Origin: Basidiobolus ranarum
Taxonomy: Eukaryota
Assembly (NCBI GenBank): GCA_040143965.1
Contig: JASJQH010006883.1
Coordinates: forward strand, 1-60,323
Length of the DNA stretch: 60,323 nt
Reading direction: 5' to 3'
The notes beneath the pieces were generated by a model, which searched no databases, was not told the DNA's origin, and saw only the letters and a list, made by a program, of their open reading frames with translations. Numbering within the stretch: the stretch's first letter is position 1; every line of letters begins with the position of its first letter. The position numbers and the translations under genes were made by a program. Below, in pieces: positions 25,701 through 38,731 of the stretch.

Positions 25701-26449
25701 ACTTGTCCATTGGTCAGCAAAAGTTGGCTGAGCTACAACAATCCTTACATCAGCGTGAAAGTGAAGCTGAATTTTCCAGTAAAAAGCTCCTCAAACTCGA
25801 GACGCAAATATCCAAAGAGTCTTCTGAAGTTGAAACCAGTCAAGATACTCCTGATGGCCAACTTGATGTTGTTCGAAGCTTAAACAATGAACTAGATCAA
25901 CTACGCTCTGAAAATGAAGTACTTCGTAAAGAATATCGTACCATTGTCTTGGTGAAGAACAATGAGATATCTAAGAGTCGACAAACTGCGGATTCACTTC
26001 TTCAGGCTCAAATGGAAAATGACAAACTCAAGAGGAAGATCGATACATTGATGTCGAACACTAAAATAGAGGAAAAGAAGCCAATAGAAGATAACCCTCC
26101 AGCGAAGCGTCACACACGCAGTAGCAGAATATCTAATTCAACCTCTGAAATTTCCTCGAATATTGTATCACCCAAGCGCAAAGCCGTGGTTGATCTTTCC
26201 GTAGAGATAGAGACCAAGGTAGATAATTCTACTAGGCGTACAACCAGAACGGCTGCAAAGAAGACACGTGTTGAGGCCTTGGATACTTCTTCTTCAGAAC
26301 TCAAATCATCAATATCAGAAGAATCCACCGTAACGGAAGAGAGTAAACAAACAAAACCTGTTAGAAGACTTCGACCCCTTAGATCTCGTCGAGGTGCTAA
26401 CAAAGATAATGATGAGGAAGCGGCTACACCGGAGTGTAACCAACAGTAA
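19779..26449 (+). CDS. CENPE: CENP-E-like kinesin-7 (~2,160 aa): N-terminal motor, very long coiled coil, basic tail, CaaX
   Basis: Exons 19779-19932, 19998-20086, 20148-20188 and 20261-26449. P-loop AYGQTSSGKT, switch I NERSSRSH, switch II [27 protein letters not shown]. RRRTW follows the motor and the protein ends CNQQ. Confidence 0.88.
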
Positions 26450-26831
26450 ACCTTCAGTTCACAATGTTATATTCTGCAAGTCTCTCACTATCATTGTATA
26501 ATACTCCTCCCTCTACAGCCAATGCTTCATATATTGCTTATTTTTATTCAAATTTTGTTTTCTACGTTTTACGAATTTTTAGTAACTTGTATTATGTAAC
26601 TTCCTTCATATAAATACCTTCGTGGGAGCCTTGTAAATCATTGAATAAACAAAATTGACATATCGATGTTTCAGTCAGTACATGATTTAATGAAATTACC
26701 ACAACTAGCGAAATAGATCATTGAATGGTAAATACATGATGGATTATTTTCATTTAGAAACATTATATAACTACAGTCAAATATCGTTTATCAGAGCAAA
26801 TTACGATTTCACAGAGGCAATTGGCACCGTT

Positions 26832-29800
26832 CTAGTCGTCATAATAGTCCCTGGTTTTTCTCGACCTTGAGTGACTCTCATGATGAGACTTGCGATGGGA
26901 TCGATGTTGGGAGTCGTAGTCTTCGTCTCTAGCCTCGCCCTCTTCAATACTAGAAGTACTCATAGCATCATCATCTCGCTTAGATTTCTAATTATTAGAA
27001 ACGCACATGATGAACATCTGAACAGACGCTAATATCCGAGACTTTAAATAAGTAACTTACCTTTTTCTTGTGCTTTCGACGTTCATCGTCGCTATCAGAT
27101 GCATCAGACTCGTATCTATGACGACGGGATTTGTGATGTTTCTTCTTTCTGTCTTTTTTGTGTTTCCTTTTACGAGAAGAATCTTTATCTTCAAGTTCCC
27201 CCTCCTCGGCTTTAACTGTGCCTTCTTCACTTTCCTCTCCGCGATCTTTTTCCTTCTCCTATTGTGGAATACGGTTGAGTAAACATTTTATACGTGAAAT
27301 TGATGAAATTTACCTTCAATCTATCCAAGACTTTCTGGAAAATGTGCAGGCGCTCCTCCTCTGATTCCACGGCATTGAACTCTTCGCTACCTTCAATTGA
27401 AGAGCGTATCTAATAAAAATATTAGCAATTTACTTCCAATCCACGCTTTTGGTCTGAACTATTCACCTCATCCCATTTGGTATCAGTCGTAATTTGAGGC
27501 TTCAAGTGCTTTAGGAAATATTTAAAATCATCTGCAATTCTTCTTCTACGCTTCTGCTCCTTTCGTTGCTCCTCTTTTTGTCTGCTTACAGCTTTCTTAT
27601 GGATCTAAAGGTGCGATAAAATGGTTGGCTACGGATAGGCAATGGAGTATGCTTAGATTCCTTACCTGTTCAAAAATGATTTTCATTTCCTCTTCGGATA
27701 TATTAGAAACCTGCTCGTGGTCTTTCAACACATCAATGAACGAATCAAGGGTGTCATCGGGAGTAACAGTAATATTTTTTTCCTATTGCCAGATCATAAA
27801 GAGTCAACACAATGCTACTCGACTTCGAAACATGCTTACATACCTTTAAGATGTCATTTACGCATTTTCGTTTTTGGTACATTTTCTCATCAAGAATCTC
27901 AATAGCATCCCAGAAGAGTTCCAATGGAGTGGATCCAGGCTGCCCCAACATATTGATGAAGAATGCGTGATCCTTGATTAGAGGATAGAAGTCCTGCCAG
28001 CGAGATCTTGCAGTTATCTGACCAGATTTGATGGAGCTATCTATCAATTCCTATTGTCGTAAAAATTATTAACAAATGACATGTTTCATGCAAGTCTTAA
28101 ATCCATATTACCCTAACAGCATCTCTATTCTTGCGCTCTGTGCGTATGCGGGCCTCCTTCTCTCTTTTTCTCTTGTCTATGTATTCATCTTCCAGTTTCT
28201 TAATGTGTTCCTCGAAAACAGCCAAGAAGTCTAAAGCATCCATAGCCTCCCACGCGATCTCTTGGAACTCCGGTGATGCTCTGAAAATACTTTGTGCGTC
28301 CTTCCAACGAGTTTCCCTGGTAATCTCGGGGATTTCTTCCAGAAGCTGAGCAAATCTCTCCATTCCCTCCTTACGCTTAATACGTTCTTGATCCTAGTTT
28401 CCAGGAAAAATATATGAACTTAAGGCAATCAATGGACGAACTGCAGAGGTCATTACCTTCTCCCTCTTCTTCACTTCATATATATAGTCTTCATAATATC
28501 CACGCATCTCTTTTTCATCTCGAATGTGTTGGAAAGTAGCATCTTGTCGTAGCATTTCAGCAGCTTTCCTATATTGAGGGTTAGTTCATTGCAAAGCCAT
28601 AGAGGTAATAAAGAGGGTTTGACAAACCTCCATCGGATTGCTGATGTAATTTCAGGATGCTTCTGCAACATCAGCAGAAAATCGCCTCGATTTTTAAGGG
28701 TTCTGACTTTATACTCTTCCTGTGAATATCGAATTTGTGAGGATTTGGATTAGTAATGTAAGGATTTGAAACAAACTTTGCTATCAGGTTAGCTTACCTC
28801 TTCGATTTTTCTTCTTTCTTGAACATATTTCTGGAAGGTCTGTTTCCTCTCGGCTAAAGTCTTCAAAGAACGATAAATTGGGTGACTAATAATAGCTCTC
28901 ATAGTTTGCTCCCAAGACCAAGTTGATGTGACACCCTAAAATAACAAGTCAATTGAATATCCAGTAACACACAATAAAATATCCATCTCTATTGCCAACC
29001 GTATCCTTTAGTAGTTTGAAAAAAGCTGTCTCGGCCTCCTCTTTAGTTTTGAAATCGATAGATATATTTGAAATGATTGGAACAGGCTTGCTTGGCGCTG
29101 TCTTGGATGCAGTCGGGGGAGTACTAACTTTAGCTGGGACAGGGGATGCACGAGCTATTTCGAGAGAAGTGGATTTAGGAGATGGTCTACTAGCTGACAT
29201 CTCTGTGGATTCTACATTTTGAATGCATTTAGTATCGAGATTTCCTTGTATTGCTATGATTGATGTCAATTTACCTTTAAACTCTGCGGGCATCTCCCAA
29301 GTGGTAACTTTGGTGGCTGAATTATGATAATATTTACGGCCATCCTCGGTAGTATATTCTTTCCATAGCGTAGAGCCGGAGTTTGCAATAGGAGCGGAGA
29401 CTGGTGTTGATGGATCAGATGTTTGAGGGGTAGTAACAGTAGCAGAGTTTTGAATGGAACTAACATTAGGGGAAATGGTGGATGCAGTATTTTTTTCTTG
29501 GGCTGAGAATATTTTTTAGTTCAGTAAAGCAAAATTTATGGGAGCTATTTGTGCACGAGAATACCTTTCAATTCACTGGGTGCTTCCCAAGTAGTGACTT
29601 TAGTTTCAGTATTATAATAATACTTTTTCCCCTCTTTTGTCAAGTATTCTTTCCATACATCGTTTTTAGGTTTTTTCTGATTTGATAAATAAGTCGTATT
29701 AGTTACATTGAAATAAAAATCCAAAAGTTTGCGCGTTCAATACCTCACTATCGCCAGAAAGCTCAGCTGGTTTCTCCCATAGACTCTGTTTTGTTACTGA

Positions 29801-30017
29801 GTTGTAGTAATATGTTCGACCATCAGGCATCAGATGTTCTGACCATGCTGGGTTAATCTGAGTAACTGTAGAAGGCTATAATGTAGATTTGTTATGAGAA
29901 TCCAGCTGTCACGATCAAAGATTTTATACCCTAATCGGCAATATTATTGAACGCAAGTGCACTTACTACGTGATCTTCTTTCGCCATTTGTAAATTATCC
30001 GAGGATGCCCACGACAT
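26832..30017 (-). CDS. PRP40: Pre-mRNA-processing factor Prp40 (WW + FF domains, Arg/Ser/Lys-rich tail)
   Basis: WW domains [42 protein letters not shown] and [23 protein letters not shown] repeats [15 protein letters not shown] and [26 protein letters not shown]. Start and stop inferred. Confidence 0.9.
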
Positions 30018-30344
30018 CACGAATAAGGTGTTTATACAGTTGCAAAAAACAGACTTGGTACTTCGATTCAAAAAGTTTACTAGAAATCTATATATCGACG
30101 TATCTACCAACACTTTTTTAATTTCAAGATATTCAGACCGATTAAGACGAAAATAGTAGATAAAACGTGAAAGCCGAAATAAAATCGGCAATCTAAAATC
30201 TCCTATTCCCATATCAAAACAAAGTACTTCTTTTGGTGGCATAAATAACGTTTTTTATTCTGAACTGTTATATCCAATATTATTTGAACTGTACATGTGA
30301 ATATGGAGGTAGTAAATGAGAAACCGATAAGAATGTGATGGTTT

Positions 30345-31194
30345 TCAGAGCTTACGAGAGTTAGGTTTGACACCAATAGATCTCTTGGAAGGCTGTACAG
30401 AAGCTCGAACAGATTTACGCGATTTAACATTGCTTACTCGAGAATTGGGTTCTACTTGACTTTTAGTAAATTGTAGATAAACTTATCAGAAACATAGAAA
30501 TACTTTACCTGGTTGACACTTCAAAGCCTTGAGGGCTTCCTCTTGCTCACGTTTTCTGCGTTCTTCTCTCTCTCGACGTTCTTTCGCTTCTTTCTCTCTC
30601 TTCTCCTTCTCGGCGTGTAATTGTTGAATCCTCAAATTATCCTTTTAAAAAATCAGTCGTACGTGATAGAACAGTTGTAAAAGCATAAAAACATACAAGC
30701 GAAACACCTTCCCAGTTGGGATCGGATAGCAACTTTTGAGTATGCTCGGTTTGAGACAGAAGTTTTGACCAAATATTTAAAAGACTTTCAGTTTGACCTA
30801 CAGTGTTACTGAAATGCTTTAAATCAAGTAAAAATGCGTGAGCCTTTTGGACCAAGGAAGAATTGGCTAGAGAAACCACAATTACCTGAAGTTTGGTGCG
30901 AGCTCCGCTCAAGTTGTCTTTAACTTTACATAAAGCAAAATTTAATTGTTGTGCTTTCCTTAACTCCTCCGCCAAGAACTCTTGTTCATTATCACTATCT
31001 CTAGGTTGAGTTTTAAGAAACATGCGTTTAGAAATGACTTCAGTGTCATCACCATCAGAAAATCCATCTTCAGAAGGGCCAAGAGATATTTCTGGAGAAT
31101 CGTTGGAATTATCGAATATATTACTTTCTTCTAAAATACTACTGTCATCATAACTACTTTCAAAATCAACGTGTTCATTTCGTACCATCGACAT
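30345..31194 (-). CDS. DUO1: DASH/Dam1 complex subunit Duo1
   Basis: LAEELRKAQQLNFAL...TESLLNIWSKLLSQTEHTQKLLSDPNWEG is the Duo1 signature. A charged coiled coil and basic tail follow. Four exons inferred; stop at 30345-30347. Confidence 0.82.
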
Positions 31195-31688
31195 ATTTGA
31201 ATATTTAGCGGCGATTTGTATAACTTGAGGAGTGAGAAACGAAAAGATTACTGCCTTGGTCAATATCCAACATTAATGTTTTCTCGTCTTTGTGTATTTA
31301 GGTAAACAAATAATAATGACTCTTGTCCAATTGTATAACTGCAGGTAGATTAAATCTCAAACCCGATTATACAATCATGTTGGACCGCAGTCTTGAAGTT
31401 TAGTTGGAAGTGGGGCGTTACTCATTTATTATTCAATATCTGAGCATTTATAGAAATAGTGATTTTGGTTGTCATTATTTGCTTGGATACCAGAAGCTTC
31501 CGCGGGTTCATGATTTTCCCTCTCACTTTTATCCACGTAAAGCCAATCAAAGATGTTTACGTAAATATCGATTCTCGAATTTTTCATTTTAATTCTAATA
31601 AATGTAACACCTTCGCCGGATATTCACCATATTGCATGTTTAACATCGTCAACTCGAACAATTAGTTACAATTCACATATCTTCTATA

Positions 31689-33026
31689 ATGTTTCCTCGT
31701 TATCGACCTTTCGTGTTGTTAGTTATACTGGTTTTATCTATATCTTTTATTTCGTCCATACAAGCCAGCGGTGATTCCTCTAATGAGGATGTAATTTGTG
31801 TGGAGGATGGTTCATGTTATCCACGATTATTTGAACCAACGACTGAATTTCAAAAAATCAAAGCCGGTCAAGATTTACCTCCAGGTATATACAATAATTA
31901 TCATCTTTTGAAAGCTCACATGATTAATATTTGCTTCATTTTTCAGGTCTCCATGTTAGATTGAATATTTATACTGGTGAAAAAGAAGCCAAGCTCATGG
32001 ATAATGAAGACACTACACCAGATCTCTCGTTATCCATTAATCGCGAGGATGAAGGATACTCGGTTGTTCCTTTGGACAACGTCACTGAATCTGTTGAACA
32101 GAGTGTAGAAGACGTTGATTCTCAAAAGTTTAGCACTCCACCTGCCGATACTTCCAAACCTAATGCAAAAATTCCTATATCCGATCATCAACGTTTTGTA
32201 GCCGACCTTGAAGTTATCATGAAGCCTCACGATTTTGATGAAAATCGTCTTTCAGAAGCGTTAGATAGTATGGAAGATTTAGTACACGAGATTGATTTTG
32301 GAAAACTTTTGGCCAAAGATGATGGTCTTAGTGCCGTTGTTAACTTGATGAGTCCCAAGTGGCCAGTTGATATCAGATTAAAATCTGCAACTATTATTGG
32401 ATCAGCTGTACAGGTAAGCGGCAAGCAAGATCTCTTAACAAGTCCTTATTTTAACGTTGAATTCTTAGAACAACCCACCAGTTCAACATTCCGCTTTAAA
32501 ACTTGACCTAGTTAGTCGTGTATTGGAAAACATCTCTAGTGAACAACATCCTAAGGTTTTATCACGGTACATGTATGCTTTCTCAAGCATAGTCCGTGGT
32601 AACAAGCAAGCAATTAGAATTGTCAATGAAAGAAATGGGTTAACACGTCTTGCCGAGCTCTATCCCAAGCATCAAAATGAAGACTTCCAAAAGAAGTGCG
32701 CAGTTTTTGTGACAGATTTCTTGAACCCTGATATGGAAGAAGCAGAGGAATTGACGGAGCAGATTGAGACCTCCTACAACGTTCTACGCAGTGAGGAAAT
32801 GGAACAATGGTGCAATCACCTTCAACGTACGTTATTAAACTCCTCCATCGGGCAAGATACCAAAGAGAAAACCATCCGAGGTCTTTCAATGATCAAATCA
32901 CAAGCGTCGGAGTCATGTCTGATCAATTCTGAGCTCCAACCCTGGATTAAATTAGAACTGAGCGAGTTTGAAAATGATCAGGATTTCGATGAGTATGTTC
33001 GCATGCTTCGCTCACTAGAACAGTAA
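31689..33026 (+). CDS. SIL1: ER nucleotide-exchange factor Sil1 (BiP/Kar2 co-chaperone)
   Basis: Signal peptide; CYPRLFEPTTEFQKIKAGQDLPPG|LHVRLNIYTGEKEAKL; MEDLVHEIDFG; IGSAVQ|NNPPVQ armadillo-like region. Introns 31886-31947 and 32413-32469. Confidence 0.9.
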
Positions 33027-33424
33027 ACCCTGTAGTATTTCTTTCTATGTATACCCTTCCAGTTACTCCATTTTATATGTAATATTATAACTAAAGACAT
33101 TAAGCATCAAGTTTACCGTTTTCTGTGTGGTCCACTAGAAATATTTATCTCATGGAGCATGTTTGCCCTCGAAATTTGATAAAGTATATTCGGGCTTTGA
33201 AAAGAGGCTACAACTAGATGATGATCAATTACATCAGAATTGTGTTCCAGAAATTTGCCTCATATGGGTATATCAAAATTTGTTTACTTCTCACCAACTG
33301 GAGTTGAGATGAGTGTAATTAAATATAGCTTGGGTTAATTTTTGATTCCTCTAGCGTAGTAACGGGTATATTTCTGGTACCGTTTTTTCCACACTTTTCG
33401 TAGGTTTTTTTAAACTCTAAAACC

Positions 33425-34914
33425 ATGGCGGTCATGTCAACTCTCATGTTCCCAGTGCGTTTCTGCCGGGGGCTATTTTATGGCGTTTCGTTATTCAGGT
33501 ACCTTTTTGCTAAGATTAAGCTGTTGTTCGATCTGTGTTAATCCAATCTAGTTTTGCCTGCGGCATAAATGTTCTTCAGCTTATTACCCTACCTTTTCTT
33601 TCCTTCTCCCGAAGACTAAGTTATGAATTCAACTCTGGTGTAGCTGGGTCTATCTGGCATGTCATGCAGGTGCGTTTATATTTTACTCAGAATTGTGTTC
33701 AACATCTATACTCATTCCCATTATATTTATTAAAATGAAACAGAGAATCTTTAAGGTATCATCGAATTGCGAAACCAAGTGGATAATACGCGAATATACT
33801 TACTTTGCTCTATAATTTGAAATACAGAGTCGGTATAAGGGTCGTATCACATACTCTGGTGATCAATTGCCAGCCAACGAGAGTGCTATCGTAATCAGTA
33901 ATCATGTTTCGACCACTGATGTGTATCTTATCCATTCTGTCGCTCAAGCTCAAGGCATGCTTTCTTATTGCAAAGTAAGCCATCATTGTTCCTATGTTTC
34001 TATTGAATAGTATTGCTTACATATGTATATCATAGTACTTTGCTAAGGATTCTCTTAAATATGTAAGTTAAAGATACTAGCTCTATAGTTATGAAATACT
34101 AAAGGCTTACACATCGGAATCCACCCGACATTTGAACTTAGATTCCCTTTTTTGGATGGGGAATGTGGGTAAGTTGATGTTTTACTTGATCGGATTTTTC
34201 CAGCACCTAATGGTTTATTTAGATTATGGGAATGTTATTCATCAAGAGAAATTGGGAGAAGGTATGGCTACAAGAAGTTGAGTCACATGTTGGGTGGCTA
34301 TTAATCATTCTTTAGGATCAAACGCGTATCATGAATACCTTTTCTCGTTTCAAATCAATCTCAGCGCCTGTATGGGTTGTTTCCTTCTTAGAGGGTAGCA
34401 GAATCAATGCTTCCAAGCTAGCCAAGGTAACTTGAATGCTCAAGCATTGTCCATCTATCGAAATACCAACCAAATTCTTATAGGCCCAAGTGTTTGCAGC
34501 TGAAAGAGGTCTCTATGTGCCCAATAATATATTAGTGCCACGAACTAAAGGGTTTATTGCTACCGTGCAAGCTTTAAGAGACAGTCATGTCAAATATGTT
34601 TATGGTAGGTTTTCGTTCGGTTTCTCATGCTGATGTCTCTTAGCTAATCAACTGCATTCGTAGACCTGACTTTGGCGTATTGGCATCAGGTCCGTGGATT
34701 TTGTGCTGCACCTGGGATGGTTGGCGTGCACACACAATGTTTGGATGGCTACAAATTCCATGTTCATATCCGACGATTCTTGATTGCTGATTTGCCTCAA
34801 GACGATGAAAAGTTGAATGAATGGGTTAGGGAAATTTACAAGGATAAGGATTCGTACCTTGAGCAGTTGAAAAACTCATGGGAAGTCTCGGAGGATTTCC
34901 GTCTTGAACCTTAA
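33425..34914 (+). CDS. PlsC-family lysophospholipid acyltransferase (AGPAT/LCLAT/Cst26-like), ~10 exons
   Basis: Spliced motifs SNHVSTTD (NHx4D), YFAKDSLKY|IPFFGWGMW, FIKRNWEK|D, FLEGSR, VPRTKGF and a C-terminal LNEWVREIYKDKD. Confidence 0.88.
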
Positions 34915-35257
34915 GCATAAAAAATAGAAATCCCAACCTCAGTGCATTTCTGACGGTGAAAAACATAGATAAATTAAAGGTCCAATGCGACGCTGTTTTG
35001 TCCCATTTCATATTCCACTCATATCTCGTTAGTAAGATGATGCCAACAACCATTAAATCAGAAATGAAAGTAAACCAATATATATAGTATGATAAGATTT
35101 TATCTGGTAATGAGTTACAGTATGAATAAGATACATCTAGGATGTGAGAGGAAAAACGTAAATGGGTGCGAAAAATTAAATATGAATTTTCACTGGAAAT
35201 TATGACTATACATTCAGTGTATATCGAAGTGGAGTCTAATAAATAAATTAATCAAAT

Positions 35258-36502
35258 TTAGACCTTTACGAAAGCAAGTTTATCAGCAAGCTCGTCAACT
35301 GAAGTCTCCTCCTTTTCCTCTGCCTTCTCTTCCTCTTCCTCCTCCTCTTCATCAGAAGGAACCTCATCGTCTTCTTCATCGCTTAGTTCTTCCATGTCGG
35401 AAAGAGAACCAAGGGCATCCTCGTTACCATTTTCTGAGAGAATTTCGCGAATTCTGTCAACAGCATCACTATCTTCGGGGAAGCAATTACCATTGAGCTC
35501 AAGAGTACGAAGATTTTTCATGGTGGAAATAGCACTGGCAAGGACCTCAGCAGCGTCTTCTTGGATCTCATTGTAGGTAAGGATCAATTCAGATAAGCAC
35601 TCATGACCAGACTTAAGAGCATCAGCAATTGAAACGCCACCACGTTTACCAAGAAGACAGTCACCGATATTCAAGATAGACAATTTGGGCCATGAAGGCA
35701 AAGCCTCAGCAACGGCTTTGGCACCTACTTCGGTGAAGGTGTTATCTTGAAGATCGAGAATTTCAAGATCTGGGCACTTAGCCAAGGCCTTAGCCAAGAT
35801 TTCAATACCCTCAGGACGAATACCATTTTGTGGGAGACGAACTTCTCTGAGAGTACCATGGGCTTCGAGAGCGTCAGCAATAGCTTTAGAAGAGCCATTC
35901 TCAAGTCTATTACGACCGATGATGATAGTTCTGAGAGAAGATGGACGTCCCTCGGCTACATTCTTTTCTTGTGCAGCCAATAAAGCCTTAGCTATAAGAT
36001 TACCACCTTGAATACCGAGACCATTGTTGTTTAGTTTTAAGACTTGAAGATGACGGTTATTGGCAAGGAAATCAATCATAGGCTCAGCGCCAGCAGGGCC
36101 GAAGGCATTATCACTCAAGTTTAACTCAATAAGTTCCTCCTTATCTTCAAGAGCATCACAGATATCTTTCAAAACAAGGGGAATCTCAGAGCGAAGACGG
36201 CCAGTGAAAATATCACTCAAGTTCATAATCTAAAACCATAAATTGTTAAAAAAAACTTGGCCTCTAGAAGAAGATACGTCACTAACAAGATTGCATACCT
36301 TTAAAGTTTTCTTATGTTGAAAAGCTGCAGCTAAAGCTTTACCGGCCTCCACACCGACAGTATTTCCGCTCATCTTGACAACTTCAAGACCTTCAAAAGC
36401 GAGGATTTCCTCCACGAACTCTTTGACATCTTCAGCGGTCTCGAGTTTGAGTCCTTTACCTTCGATACTCCAGACTTTAGTGAATTCTTGTTGAGTGGAC
36501 AT
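35258..36502 (-). CDS. RNA1: Ran GTPase-activating protein (LRR + acidic tail)
   Basis: GKGLKLETAED, SGNTVGVEA, SDIFTGRLRSEIP, LSDNAFGPAG, GRNRLENG, PQNGIRPEG and DLQDNTFT, followed by an acidic C-terminus; one intron ~36298-36230. Confidence 0.95.
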
Positions 36503-37210
36503 GTTCTACTGTGATGAAATAGAAGTAACCTGAGTGATAAAGGTGAAAGATACTAGAGGTAAATATCAAGCAACTATATGGATGAGGACTGAGCCGAGTT
36601 ATTACAAAGCTTTTTTTTCTTGTTTCCTCTGGTACAAAAACAAAGCAGATTCTTTAATCATCTAGAGGTGAAATGAATTGGATGTTACCAAATATAAACA
36701 ATCGACAGTGAGAAAATCATGGTATTCAAAAAAATGGTACACCAACGATTATTATCTAAGCTTGTTTAGATTTTGCAAATTAAAATAACATTCAACAAAC
36801 TCATCCATTGTGATGTTATATTGCTTCGAAGTTCCTTACTAGATCTTGATAGATATGCCGCACAATCAATTGTATCTAACGGATTAATCAGGATGTCTTA
36901 TCCCGTATTACAAGTAACCAATAGCATGATATTGAGTCGAAAGAAGTATTGTTACCAATATATTGCATGTATAAAGTTGAAATTATCGTTACTCTTGACC
37001 ACTGTAAAGGCATTCTATCCAAACCCACCCAATTGAATAAAATTGAATCATTAATCAAAATTCAAAGAATTGAGTCTAATTTATTGATAAATATTAGGTC
37101 TGCAAAATTTAAAGAATCAAAACGTATACGCCAATATATTTCTTTTCACTTCTTGCAATGTTAGAGAGCCAATGGTATCTGTATCTACGGTTCTTATCGC
37201 GATAACAGCC

Positions 37211-38731
37211 TTAGGCAGAATGTAATGCGATAATCGCATCTTTAGTACCAAGAACACATGAAATCACTCCAACTACGATACAAATGAAACACATAACGAG
37301 ATCGAATATACTGCGACAAATACCGAAAAGTTTGAGGTAGAGTACGACGGGAAGTATGAAAATAACCATTGTGTTCGAAATGGCACCAACAAATGACATG
37401 AAAACACCAAATTGGTTCACAAACATAGCAACCACAGTGATTGCAAGTAGAATACCGGTACGAAGAGCTAGTCGGTAAGTAAATGACTGAGTTCGGCTTC
37501 TGTAAGTAGTACTAATTCTGAAATAGTGTTCAAGCTATTCAAATGTGAATGTTAGTAATTATTTCTTAATGGTTCTTCAGTGAACTAACAACATACCTCC
37601 ATTGAGAAACTGGTTAACATAATTGGGGCTGCCAATAACACATGAAGGGTAATGGCAATGGTGGATGTGGTGGTTAAAGCCCCCTCGGGTAAACTCAAGA
37701 AGATAGGCGACTTGGAGTCCTGGCCATATACATAGTATCCAAAAACACCAGCACATAAATAAATAATACAGCAAGTAATACTGGCAAATATGAGCACTTT
37801 GGGCCAATCTTTTGGCTTCTTCATCGTTTGCTCGATATGAGGGTATACTGGGGTTCCACCAAAGCAGAAACTGATGGAGGCCAAGCCCATAGGAAGACCG
37901 GAATATATGATAGTTTCATGGCGTGGGGTAGGAATATCATCCATATGCATAAAACCAGCGATACCTATAACAATCACAACATATATGGTTGCTATAACAC
38001 CAAATATTCTTTATAGATATTTAGAATAGTGCTAGGAGTACAAAGAGGACCTATGAAATACTTACGCTAACCAAGAAACTTCTTTGAGCGTACGTAATGT
38101 AGCAAAGGGAATCCATATAAGACAAGCAGCAGTAGTAACCCTAATATTGACCCTAGCATAAGTATACTGCATTGATAAGAAAAGTATGTATTGAACCTAC
38201 CAGATTTTGCCATTTATGTTCACACCTAGTTGCTGGGTCAAATCTTCCAAACTGATTTTTGTCAATATAATGTATAGACACGAAACACCGAGCAAAATGG
38301 AGTATTGGAAAACTTGAGTAAAGATTTTACCAAAACGACCGAAGGCAGCTTCTCCGATAGCAGCATATCCATCAAGGCGATGTTTTGGGCTAAAAATGAA
38401 AGTCAGGTTTTTGCAACTCTCTCAAAGGTACTAAAATAATTACGAACCCTTTGTAGTATAGGCATTTAATCAAAATGGAACCGGTATATGTGGCAAGTAG
38501 AGCGGATAAAACCGTAATAAAAACACTTATCCAGCCGGCAAGAGTGAAAGCGTAGGCCATCTGAAGGACACCAGTTCCAGCAACAACACATACAATGTTA
38601 AAAAAGGCACCAAAACTGGAACCTGTGCGCTCTAGATCTTCAACAACACAGTCATATTCCAGCTTATTCTGACGCTCCTCCTTAGAATCCACTTTTTGCA
38701 GCTCTATCTCTTGACTAAGTCGAGAGGACAT
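37211..38731 (-). CDS. Amino-acid/auxin permease (Aa_trans, AVT1-like) transporter, 5 exons
   Basis: GSSFGAFFNIVCVVAGTGVLQMAYAF..AGW, YAAIGEAAFG, SISFCFGGTPVYPHIEQTMKKPKDW and FVGAISNTMVIFILP; multiple hydrophobic segments. Confidence 0.9.

Noticed and set aside
22569-26403. Antisense and alternative-frame ORFs inside the kinesin (also in VTC4, EAF1 and RNA1)
   Set aside because: Shadow ORFs of long biased coding sequence with no independent protein features.
19450-31310. Forkhead-like RTAAACAA sites upstream of the kinesin (~19454, ~19602) and DUO1 (31302)
   Set aside because: These AT-rich motifs are expected by chance at this base composition and cannot be supported without enrichment statistics.
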